From NCBI RefSeq assembly GCF_004010195.1, contig NC_057727.1:11140704-11204703 (forward strand): 64,000 nt of DNA. The letters are read 5' to 3'. The DNA comes from Chiloscyllium plagiosum. Its lineage: Eukaryota. Each line of letters opens with the position of its first letter. Within the stretch, counting starts at the first letter, position 1. The notes beneath the pieces are model-generated. The model searched no databases. It saw nothing but the letters and a program-made list of their open reading frames with translations, and had not been told where the DNA came from. Position numbers and translations under genes: made by a program. Shown piece by piece: positions 49,665-60,754 of the stretch.

Positions 49665-50730
49665 AGAGAAAGTGAGGACTGCAGATGCTGGAGATCAGAA
49701 CCGAAAAGTGTGGTGCTGGAAAAGCACAGCTGGTCAGGCAGCATCCAAGGAGTAGGCTAATCAACATTTCGAGTGCAAGCTCTTCATCAGGAGTAAGGGG
49801 GTGGCCCAAGGGGGCTGAGAAATAAATGAAAGGGAGGTAGGGCTTGGGAAAGATAGCTGGGAATAGGATAGTTAGATGGAAGTGTGGGGTGATGGTGATA
49901 GGTTGGAAAGGAGAGTGGAGCGGATAGTTGGGAAGGAAGCCGGACAGATAGGACAGTTCAAGAGGGCAGTGCCAAATTGGAAGGTTGGATTTGAAATAAG
50001 GTGTGGGAGGGAGGGGAAATAAGGTGTGGGAGGGAGGGGAAATGAAGAAACTGGTGAAATCTACATTGATCCTGTGTGATTGGAGGGTCCCAAGGCACAA
50101 GATAAGGCATTCTTCCTCCAGGAGTTAGATAGCTAGAGTTTGGTGGTGGAGAAAGACCAGGATTTGCATGTCCTTGGCAAAGTATTCAGCCACAGGGCAG
50201 TGGGGTTGTTTAGTGCATGTGTTCCAGAGATGTTCTCTGAAATGTTCTGCAAGTTAGCGCACTGTCTCCCCAATGTACAGGAGCCCACACATAGAGTAAC
50301 ACATACAGTGGACGATGTGTGTGGAAGTACAGGTAAATCTCTGTCAGATGTGGAAGGATGCTTTGGGCGTGGGATGGAGGTGAGAGGGGAGATGTGGGCA
50401 CAGGTTTTGCACTTCTTGTGGGGGCAAGGAAAGGTGTTGGGAGTGGAGGGTGGGTGGATGCGTGGGGACTGCGGACCCTACACGGGAGTCATGGAAGGAA
50501 TGGTCTCTGCAGAATGCAGATAGTGGTGAGGACAAAAATATATCCTTGATGGTGAGATTTGTTTTTAGTTGGTGGAAAGGGTAGAGGATAATATGTTGTG
50601 CCCCTCCCTTCCGTAGTCTCTCAGCTCTCTTGGACTACCCCCTCATTCCTGATGAGCTTATGCTCGAAAAGTCGACTGTCCTGACGGGCTGTGCTTTTCG
50701 AGCACCACGCGTTTTGACTCTGATTCTCGT
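49665..50730 (-). mobile_element. Degenerate Penelope-like element (family-1 relative): 3' UTR and GIY-YIG remnant on -, followed by an inverted terminal copy on + (~50600-50730)
   Basis: Colinear similarity to 52031-52686 (e.g. ccccaatgta, gggcagtggggttg, gagatgttc). Hammerhead-like cores at 49763-49790 (-) and 50649-50673 (+). Confidence 0.75.
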
Positions 50731-50859
50731 TGGCCAAAGTGTTGATGTGGAGAAAGCAATGGAGGATGCAAATGATGAAAAAGTATTTAGCAAAAAAAAA
50801 TTAAATTAAGCATTAAAGTAACAAAAGGAAGGAAAGTGTGTAAAATGGAAAAGCACTAT

Positions 50860-51460
50860 CATCACCCAGAATGGCCCTCTAGCGGATTTGCCCCTCAGGA
50901 AGATGGCGACCGAGTCGGCTCCGGCACATCGAACACACATGCGCAGCAAGTCTCCCTGACAATCAAGGCTGGGTATTATGGGTAACATCATACAGACATC
51001 CAAAGGTGGTTGACGTCATGGTCATTTACGTGTGGAATGTTTTACCTTGTGAAAAGGATGGCAGCTGTCTCGGGACACCGCCTCCACCGCTCGGTTGTCA
51101 TGGAAATGACGGGGGCGTTGCCCGCTATTTCCATGATCACCCGTCTGCGGGGAGGATTGGGTATTATGGGTAGTGGCGGGTTCCCGCCATCCGCGGCTGG
51201 GGATCCACAATGCCCTGCGATGAGGGGGAGGGGGCGAAGCGGCTGTGGCCTTTGAGTCTGGGACGTGCGTCGCCATTTTGGCCGCTGTGTTTAAATATCG
51301 AGGGAAGGGAAGAGAGACAAACTTTCTCCTCCCCGGGCGCTGAAAAAAAATTAAAGGCGCTTTTCGCAGCTTTCCCTCCCCTTTAAAACGTCCCATTCCT
51401 TCAATCTTCAACTTACCATCCCCCCCCCCTTCCCCGCAACCCCGGGTAAGGAAGGACGAG
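50860..51460. promoter_or_regulatory. CpG island / probable bidirectional promoter of WDR82 (and GLYCTK)
   Basis: High CpG density; CRE TGACGTCA 51011-51018; YY1-type CGCCATNTT at 51271-51279 (+) and 50900-50908 (-); ZNF143/Staf-like sites at 50970-50984, 51158-51172 and 51204-51219; RFX-like 51094-51107. Confidence 0.7.
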
Positions 51461-51621
51461 ATGAAGCTGACGGATAATGTGCTGCGCAGCTTCCGAGTGG
51501 CTAAGGTGTTCCGAGAGAACACGGACAAGATCAACTGCTTCGACTTCTCACCTAACGGAGAGACGCTCATCTCCAGCAGCGACGATGACTCCATCGTCCT
51601 TTACGACTGCCAAGAGGGCAA
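51461..51621 (+). CDS. WDR82: WD repeat-containing protein 82, coding exon 1
   Basis: [53 protein letters not shown](K), near-identical to recalled human WDR82. Donor GTgagt at 51622. Confidence 0.97.
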
Positions 51622-52128
51622 GTGAGTGATATTACCGCCCACCCACTCCCCCGGTTCATTTGTCGATGACCCTCTCCTCTCAGGGATGGCCTAGAAGCCC
51701 CCGGCCTTGATTTTTCACACAGATCCCGAGTTCGGTTCGCCTTGGGTGGGGTTGGGAGGGTGGTGCGGACTGCAGACTCAGTCAGCGATGAGGAGAAGAT
51801 AGAAAGTTGCCTTAGATTATTAAATGGTTTTAGGAAAAGGGCAGTCACGCGTTAGAGGCGGGAAGTAGTGATCTGCAATACCATAATTGTGGGGCCAGAG
51901 ATTATGCTCTTTCATTGTCTCTGATGTTCATTTTTTTTTGTAGCACAGAACGTGTCTGCAGGATTTCCTTCCGTAATATTGCAGGTAACAGCCTTTTAAG
52001 CTGGAAATAATAGCCGGAAAATTAAAAATGGGTAAAAACAATGACTGCAGATGCTGGAAACCAGATTTTGGATTAGTGGTGCTGGAAGAGCACAGCAGTT
52101 CAGGCAGCATCCGAGGAGCAGTAAAATC

Positions 52129-52156
52129 GACGTTTCGGGCAAAAGCACTTCATCAG
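52129..52156 (-). ncRNA. Minimal hammerhead-ribozyme motif in the PLE 3' terminal region
   Basis: Minus strand: CTGATGA A GTGC TTTT GCCC GAAA CGTC (one stem II mismatch). Confidence 0.6.
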
Positions 52157-52686
52157 GGTTAAAGGCAGAGAGCCTGAAGCGTGGAGAGATAAGCTAGAGG
52201 AGGGTGGGGAGGAAGTACCATAGAGTACAGTAAGTGAGTGGGGGAGGGGATGAAGGTGATAGGTCAGGGAGGAGAGGGTGGAGTGGATAGGCGGAAAAGG
52301 AGATAGGCAGGTCGGACAAGTCATGGGGACAGTGCTGAGCTGGAAGTTTGAGGTGGGGGAAGGAGAAATGAGGAAATTGGTGAAGTCCACATTGATGCCC
52401 TGGGGTTGAAGTGTTCCGAGGCGGAAGATGAGGCATTCTTCCTTCAGGCGTCTGGTGGTGAAGGAGGCCCAGGACCTCCATGTCCTCGGCAGAGTGGGAG
52501 GGGGAGTTGAAATGTTGGGCCACGGGGCGGTGTGGTTGATTGGTGCGGGTGTCCCGGAGATGTTCCCTAAAGCGCTCTGCTAGGAGGCGCCCAGTCCCCC
52601 CAATGTAGAGGAGACCGCATCGGGAGAAACGGATACAATAAATGACATTGGTGGATGTGCAGGTGAAACTTTGATGGGTGTGGAAG

Positions 52687-53272
52687 NNNNNNNNNNNNNN
52701 NNNNNNNNNNNNNNNNNNNNNNNNNNNNNNNNNNNNNNNNNNNNNNNNNNNNNNNNNNNNNNNNNNNNNNNNNNNNNNNNNNNNNNNNNNNNNNNNNNNN
52801 NNNNNNNNNNNNNNNNNNNNNNNNNNNNNNNNNNNNNNNNNNNNNNNNNNNNNNNNNNNNNNNNNNNNNNNNNNNNNNNNNNNNNNNNNNNNNNNNNNNN
52901 NNNNNNNNNNNNNNNNNNNNNNNNNNNNNNNNNNNNNNNNNNNNNNNNNNNNNNNNNNNNNNNNNNNNNNNNNNNNNNNNNNNNNNNNNNNNNNNNNNNN
53001 NNNNNNNNNNNNNNNNNNNNNNNNNNNNNNNNNNNNNNNNNNNNNNNNNNNNNNNNNNNNNNNNNNNNNNNNNNNNNNNNNNNNNNNNNNNNNNNNNNNN
53101 NNNNNNNNNNNNNNNNNNNNNNNNNNNNNNNNNNNNNNNNNNNNNNNNNNNNNNNNNNNNNNNNNNNNNNNNNNNNNNNNNNNNNNNNNNNNNNNNNNNN
53201 NNNNNNNNNNNNNNNNNNNNNNNNNNNNNNNNNNNNNNNNNNNNNNNNNNNNNNNNNNNNNNNNNNNNNNNN
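52687..53272. other. Assembly gap (N run) inside the PLE
   Basis: Run of N. Confidence 1.
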
Positions 53273-55408
53273 TATGTGTGCCCATGGCTACCCCTTTGGT
53301 CTGGAGGAAGTGGGAGGATTCGAAGGAGAAATTGTTAAGGGTGAGGACGAGTTCGGCCAAACGAATGAGAGTGTCGGTGGAAGGGTACTGTTGGGGACGT
53401 CTGGAGAGGAAAAAACGGAGGGCTTGGAGGCCCTGGTCATGGCGGATGGGGGTGTAGAGGGATTGGATATCCATGGTGAAGATGAGGCATTGGGGGCCGG
53501 GGAACCGGAAGTCTTGGAGGAGGTGGAGGGTGTGGGTGGTGTCTCGAACTTATGTGGGAAGTTCCTGGACTGGGGGGATAGGACAGTGTCGAGGTAGGTA
53601 GAGATGAGTTCAGTGGGGCAGGAGCATGCTGAGACAACGGGTCGGCCAGGGTGGTCAGGCTTGTGGATCTTGGGAAGGAGGTAGAACCGGGCAGTGCGGG
53701 GTTCCCGGACTGAGGTTGGAACCTGTGGGTGGGAGATCTCCTGAGGTGATGAGGTTCTGTATGGTCTGGGAGATGATGGTTTGGTGATGGGGTCATGGTT
53801 GAGGGGGCGGTGGGAAGAGGTGTCCTCGAGTTGGCGTTTGGCTTCAGCGGTGTCGTTTACCTGGATGGCTGAGCACATGCGATAGTTGAGGCAAATACCT
53901 TGCATCTCAACAATGCAAAGGTTAACTATATTTTATACATCGGTACAGAGCTGAAAGCTGATACTTAAAATGGAACCCAAAATCTGGGCATGGTTTAGGT
54001 CTTGTGGTATCATAGGTAGTGTCCATTCCTCTGAAGCAGCAGTCTGAATTTGATTCCAATCCCTGAACTTGTGGTAGCATCCCTAGCTCTGGGCCATTAG
54101 GTCTAGATTAAAGTCCTCCCTGTTGTGGAGGTGTGCCATTGCATGTCAGAACAGGTTGATTAACAAACATCTAAGAATAATGTTCCAGCTTTATGGGTTA
54201 TTGCAACATGATGGTTGTGCCCAAAGGTTGAGATCAAAATCCCACAGAGGTTGATTTAAATTATTTTAGAATTATGACTTGATGAAAAAGTTAGAGGCAT
54301 CAGTATTGAATTTCAGAATTTAAGTCTGAGATTACTGAAATCGCAGCTGTTTTTTGGAGTAAATTTTACACAGATTCTAGAGGTAGAAGGGACAAGACTG
54401 TAGAATGGTTACCACACAAAGAGAAGCTGTTTATATTTTAGTACCTTAGGTGTTCTCCTTTGAGAGCTGTATTAAGTTTTTAAGAAAATTGACTGATTTT
54501 TGCCATGTATTCTTTGAATTGTGTTTTTGCTGTGGCAGAGTTTTGTGGTCATTTTACATCAGTGTGTAAATGTTGGCAGGTTATTCCACTATTGCAGATG
54601 GCCTCAGTTCTGTCTGTCTGTTGTTGTTGTTTGTTTATTTTTCCTCCATGCTGATTTCCAGTCTGTTACAGCTAATTCTGGAAATTTGATGTATAGCTCT
54701 ATATTAATTTGGGCCACTCAGTTAATAAAAACTGTCATTTTGTCAGAGGGCACTGACTGCTAACAGGAAATGAGTTCTGTTTTGAAATAGTAAATTGTTT
54801 GATCTTCCTCAAGTCAAGTGGAGGGTGTAAGAACTGCTTCAGTACCTCCTGAACTGTGCAGTTGACACTTAACATGAAATTGAGGTTTGCCATTCGTTTT
54901 GTTTTCTTTTCACAGTGATAATGCATGTGGTTTGTGATTGTCATTGGTGTCTCTGTTACTGAAGTCAGGTCAGTTATTAATTAAGTCAGTCATAAGATAT
55001 CCGTTAGTTGACCTAGTTAATGTTCTCTTTTGGGTGGTCTTGTGACATAACAGTTGTATTTCTAACGCTGGATCGAAGTTCAAGTCCCACTGAACTCTGG
55101 GTGTGTCCAAAACATGCCTGAGCAGGCTTGTTTCTTTGTGGGTAAAGAAATACTTGACTGCTTTAATAAAATACAGCATTATATGTCAGTTATTTACTCA
55201 ATGACATGCAGAAACATGCATTGATGATTTTGTTGCCTTTTCTGATGTTTGGGCGCAACTAACTAAGGGAGGCCTTGCAAGTAGACAATGATAAAAGGTG
55301 GCAAACAACAGTTCTGTGAACCTCCGTGTAACTGTGTTGAGGTTAAGCTGGGCATCTTTTCTGATAAAGCTTAACATCATTTCATGTAATTTTTTTCTTA
55401 CCTGTCAG

Positions 55409-55506
55409 ACCAAAGAGGACACTGTACAGTAAGAAGTATGGGGTAGACCTGATCAGATACACACATGCAGCAAATACAGTGGTTTACAGTTCTAACAAAA
55501 TTGATG
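55409..55506 (+). CDS. WDR82: WDR82 coding exon 2
   Basis: cctgtcAG|a cca aag agg... = [32 protein letters not shown](D). Donor GTaagt; 98 nt. Confidence 0.97.
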
Positions 55507-58029
55507 GTAAGTTAGTTTGTGTTGTACAAATCTCTAGCTGTTTAGTTTCTCTTGCTCTGAACTTGTCAAAGACCGGGACATCCTTTGCATCTGTAAAATG
55601 AGTTGTTGTATAAAGTTTGTATTTCTCTGTTACCAGTGCATTAACACTTTTACAGAATTAATGTTTTGCATGCTTAATTAAATGTAGTTTTGTAACTTTT
55701 TGTTTTGTTTGGAAGTCTCAGCACCTCACCCATGTTGGATCCTTTTGTTCTCAGTTTCCCATTTGAAACCTGTGCTTTAGTCCTGCCTGATGATTACTGG
55801 GGGACAAGTGTGCATTTGAGCTTGCAATTTGGTTTTGAAAGCGTGTCAATCTTTTGATTTGTTATTTCAAAAAATCAAATAACTACTAAATTAAGTTTTA
55901 TATATCGATTGATCTTGAAGTTGAAAATTAGAGATTTAGTAGAGATGTTGAATCAATTTTTGAGGGGGGGAATAAACTGGTAAGAAATAGAGAGGCATGC
56001 TTTTTTTTAGGGCATTTGTTTTCTATACAAAGTGTTGATTGCTGGTCGGATACTGTTTGAAAGGAATGTAGCCAATCCTTTGCTTCATCAAAATGTGCAT
56101 TATTTACATGAGCCTCGCCACCAAATTGTTTTAGAGGAAAGAGCTGCATTCATCACAACGGAACCTTGTCTGATTTAGCTATTTTCCCTTTTATACACAT
56201 GGGCACTTTTCACAAGGGTGACTCTGACTCAGTGTGGTCTGATTCTTGTCATCCTTTCTTGTTCCTTTGATCTGGGCGTTGAGTATCAAGTGGATGACAG
56301 CCAGTTTTGTTCAGTGTCACACTAGTTGGGCTTAGCTTCTTCAGCACAGAACGAAAATAAAATCATGCACTTAATTACAAAAAGTTTTGCTCACGAGTTT
56401 TGGTAAGCTTTGAAATTAAAGAATCGTTGAGTGTAAAGAGATGGCGTACTGAGGTGCAATTCCGTAACTCATTTGTTTTGTTATCTTTTTGAGCATATTT
56501 CAAGTGTTATCAATGACCAATTTAAAGAGAAAACTAATGATAAATTTAAATATTATTTTGTCCTTATCTTGATATAGTGCATATTTTTTGTTACACTGAG
56601 TTCTATTGAAACACAAAGTACTGTTTCGGATGAGGGACTGAGCCTAACCATGTGAGAAATGGGAAGTCACTGAGTGAAGCTGAATTGCCTTGGGGGTGCT
56701 TGGAAAGTGAATAATGTTGATTCCTTTTTCTCATTCTGATCTGTAGTATAACACTTCTGAGAATAATTTGATCTGTAGGGACATGATTGTAGTGGAAAAT
56801 ATTTCCACAAACCAGTCAGTGTAGTATTATTATAAATAACTAGGTTTTCATCGAAAATCAGATTTATAGTACTGCAGCACCATAGTGCCTCTTACTGAGT
56901 GGAAAGTCTCATGCAATTGACTTAGATAGAATTAGCATTGATCATTGAAGTTGGTGTATTGTATTATATTATAATGGACAACTAAGTGTAAAATTTTATA
57001 AACTTGATTGCAATTTACATGAATTCTACAGGTTATTACAGTGAAACCTATAATCGAACGATGCTACCAAACAAATTGAAAAATTGCCATTTATGTCCTG
57101 TCCCTATAAAGCACAGCAAATCTAATCAGGTTAACTGTGGCCCCAATGGCCTTCACTCATCAGCAAAATGATGGGTGATGTCATCATCAATGCTGTCAGG
57201 CAGCACTCACTCACCCATAACATGTGCACTGTGCTTGGTTTGGATTCTACTACTCAGCTGTAGATCTCATTTGAGTCCAAGACCCAGCGAGAAAAGAGCT
57301 GAAAATCCAGAGGAATTAATTTAGTTGACATCGCAATAATTAATCTAGTGTAGCATTTAAGGAAATTTAGTAAAATAGAATTTAGTAGGAATCTGAATGG
57401 GGTCCCTTCACTGGTTACCTCACACAAGATGAAGGTAGTTCTGCTAATTGAAAGTTAACCATATTAAAAGAGGGTGTCATGATTGGACTGAGCCATCTTC
57501 AGCTGTTCATCACTGACTTTCTTTTCATCAGAAACAGTGATGCATCAATGCTCAATATCACTTGCAACTTCTCAGATTCAGTATTTTGAGCCTTTGTGCA
57601 ACACAAGGATGAAGTTTTGGCATTGGGTGAAAGTGGCACTTGAACAGTGCCTGCCCCTCGTGTAGTAAATCCTATCTGCAGCAAATGGGATTCTAATCAT
57701 CACCCACTGACATGTAATGAAATTGCTATTCCTAAATCCCTCATTGTCAGCATTTTTGTTGTGTATCATTTGATCAGATACCCAATTGCACCAACCATAT
57801 AATTGCATTGGCTATAACAGCAGGTCGAAGGTTGGGACTTTTGACTCTGCAAACTCTGTTCATTCACCAATGTGCAAGGTACATATTGGAAGTGTGGTGT
57901 AATACTCTGTTGAATGGAGCTGTTGAATAAACATCTGAGAAACCTAGCATCTAGGACAAAACTGACTTGATTGGTACCCACCCACTGCCTTAAACATATG
58001 TCACCCCATATGCTTAAGGCAGTGGATGA

Positions 58030-58390
58030 GGTTATGAAGTGATTTTTATGGAGGTTTATAATATCATGAGGGGCATAGATGAAGTGAGTGGCAAGGGTTC
58101 CTGTTTGCTATGGTGGGGGAGTTCAAAACTAGGGGGTTTACTTTTGAAATCTTTCTCCTCTCAACTTAAAAGGGCAACTTTTTTTTCCCCAAGAGTGGTT
58201 CATGTGTGGAATGAATTGCCAGAGAAAGTGGTGGGTGCAGGTGCAGTTGGAATGTTCAAAAGATGTTTGGATAAGTTAATGAATAGGAAAGATTTGGAGT
58301 GGTGTGGGACTAGTTTAGTTTGGGGAACATGGTTAGCGTGGACTGGTTGGTCCGAAGGGTATGTATCCATGCTATTTGACTCCATAGCTT
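58030..58390 (+). mobile_element. CR1/HER1-like LINE 3' fragment
   Basis: EVYNIMRGID...RVVHVWNELPEKVV and 3' tail. Confidence 0.8.
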
Positions 58391-58812
58391 GAATCAGAAG
58401 ACTTCAGTGCAATTTAAGATGAAAATGAGCATTGTGAAATCATAATCTGACAAGGCCGTTGTCTGCAGCCATCAATAGCCATTTTCTTCCCACTTTTGCT
58501 AAGTAATGAGAAGATTTTATAATCCGCTTGGTATTTGGAGCCAGCAGAATGAGTGAAGCAAATTGTGTAGTTATTTTGATTGTGGCCAGTCTTAAAACCT
58601 TTGTGCTTTTGAAATTGATGAGCATTCTTATTAGGAACAATTTTTTAAAAATGTAATTGTAACTCATGAGCATTTGTTGAACTTAGGTTTTGAATATCTA
58701 CTAAGAAATGAGTTACAGCTGCTTTCTATTTGCAGTTCAGTGGTGGCGTTTCATGTCCTTGTTCTTATTCATTCAGCCAGTACAACAGATATCCATACGC
58801 TATTCTGCCTGT

Positions 58813-58905
58813 GCCTGTGCAGAGGTAGTTGTTTGTACAGTTTGAGGGTTTGTGACACCACCCGGTTGATGGAGATAACTGTACAAGCCACTGCCTTGCA
58901 TGGGC
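58813..58905 (+). ncRNA. let-7g: let-7 family pre-miRNA (let-7g orthologue) in WDR82 intron 2; predicted 5p 58821-58842, 3p ~58879-58899
   Basis: AGAGGTAGTTGTTTGTACAGTT pairs with AACTGTACAAGCCACTGCCTTGCA. The loop tgagggtttgtgacaccacccggttgatggagat resembles human pre-let-7g; same host intron as in human. Confidence 0.93.
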
Positions 58906-59879
58906 CAGGGACCAGCATCGCCAATAATGGACCGTGAGCTGCTGCTTGGATGCATTCATTACCTTCGGAAGATTAAAGAATTCCACTCTTGATAAAGTTT
59001 TGTGAAGTTTTTTTTTCCCCAGCATGGAACTTTCTAAAACTTTTAAAAGTGTTATGTTACAAAGAGATTAGTGTTTTAATTCTTGTTGAATTATGCAGAG
59101 TGGGTAATCTTTTATAAAGTTAGTATTTTGTAGTATAAATTTATGATGAGGCTCCATTTCTTGTAGAAACTGTTTCTAATAAAAGTTTTTAATTAACTGG
59201 AGGGTAGATGATTGATTAGACCAACTTTAATTGATGGTGGATAAATGTAACTTGAGTTGTCAAAACTTAGTGTCCCATTTTGGGATGTTTATGATTCTCA
59301 AAAGGAAAATCCATTTTTGAAAGCTGACATTTCCCATTAGAAAGCCCTGTTCTTTAGAACTAAGGCACTAAATCAACCTTGCAAAATCTGCAGTTGTAAT
59401 TGGAAATAAGCAACTTCTTAAAATCAGTTCCCGTCCACTGTAAACAAAAGTTTTATCCATTATAGACCTAAAAAAAGGCATCAGATTTCAGAAATTATCT
59501 AAAGTAGCTGACTTTCTTGTTTTGGTGTACATTTTTTTTTATTTGCCATACCTAACTAGTCAGTGTTTCAGAAAATTAATTTGTGAAGCACTTGAATGTT
59601 TTGAAATTGCTGTTACACAAATACAATAACAATTTCCCCTAATGACAATGAAGAATGCCCAAGGAACCATTTCCATGAAGTAGTTTGTGATTGACATGAA
59701 AGGCCAGACTGAGGCAACTAGTTCCCGAAGAATAAACTGCATTTTGCCATCAACCTCCAACACCACCCCCCAACCCACCCACCCACCCAATTAATTTCAC
59801 TATCACTTCCAGGTGAAATGCTACCTCTAGGACCAAGCAACTGTGAACTTTGAAACAAACCAGTGAAACCAGACCTACC

Positions 59880-60190
59880 AGATTGGCAGCACTGCTGTCC
59901 TACAACACCAGGAACCTGGATCTGATTCCAGCCTTGGGTAACTTTGTGTGGAGTTTGCACATTCTCCCTGTGTTTGCATCAGTTTCTGCTGGCTGCTTCA
60001 GTTTCCTCCCACAATCCAAAGATGTGCCGGTTAGATGGATTGGCTATGCTAAACAGCCTGTAGTGTCGAGGAATATGCAGGCGAGGTGGGTTAGCCAGGG
60101 CAAATATGGGTTAGGGTGTGGAAGTGGGTCTGGCTGGGATACTCCTTGGAGGTTCAATGGGCTGAATGGTCTGTATCTGCACTGTGATCT
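59880..60190 (+). mobile_element. HE1-type V-SINE (5'-degraded)
   Basis: gtgtggagtttgcacattctccctgtg...tttcctcccacaatccaaagatgtgc V-domain. Confidence 0.8.
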
Positions 60191-60615
60191 GAGATCTTGA
60201 AGCTGCAACCATAATCCTTTGCATCATGTTCCAATACAATAACCAAGGACGGCTCAGGCTACAAGGTGATCCAAATTTGTCACTTGGGATATTTAATGGA
60301 GCAAGAATGACATGCAATACAGAGTAGTACTTTCATAAACACAACTCTTAACAAAATGTACAAACCAACTGAATTCATACAGAGCACAGTTCTGTTGCAA
60401 TTCCAACATTTTGCTGAATGAGTCAAGTACCAAAGGATAAACCCAGGAATAAACTATTCTACCATTCTTTGTACAAGAACAGCAAATGTTGTATTCTGTT
60501 AATGTAGGCAAGTTAGTTTTCTTCTAAGTCCTAATGAAGCATAAAAATGATCAAAATGCAGGAACTAAAATACTGCAAATGTTGCTTATTTTCACTTGTA
60601 TTACATCCTTTTTAG

Positions 60616-60682
60616 ATACCATCCGGTACTTGTCACTTCATGACAACAAATACATTAGATATTTCCATGGTCACAGCAAAAG
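60616..60682 (+). CDS. WDR82: WDR82 coding exon 3 (gene continues beyond the window)
   Basis: tttttAG|at acc atc cgg... = (D)[21 protein letters not shown](R). Donor GTaggt; 67 nt. Confidence 0.96.
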
Positions 60683-60754
60683 GTAGGTGAAGTATTTGTA
60701 TTGTTCTGCTCTACTAAGATTGAATTTTTCTGTGGGATAAACTTCAGTAATGAT

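Larger units (their letters stand above)
52031..53852 (-). mobile_element. 5'-truncated Penelope-like retroelement (RT + GIY-YIG endonuclease), family 1, in WDR82 intron 1
   Basis: PRTARFYLLPKIHKPDHPGRPVVS, MDIQSLYT, FLQTKGVAMG (PLE RT motifs); FTCTSTNVIYCIRFSRCGLLYIGGT.R.LAERFREH...PVAQHF (GIY-YIG). Frameshifted and spans a gap. Confidence 0.92.

Noticed and set aside
51022-51594. 190-aa minus-strand ORF over the WDR82 start and CpG island
   Set aside because: Antisense shadow of WDR82 exon 1 plus a GC-rich, stop-poor island; no recognisable domain.
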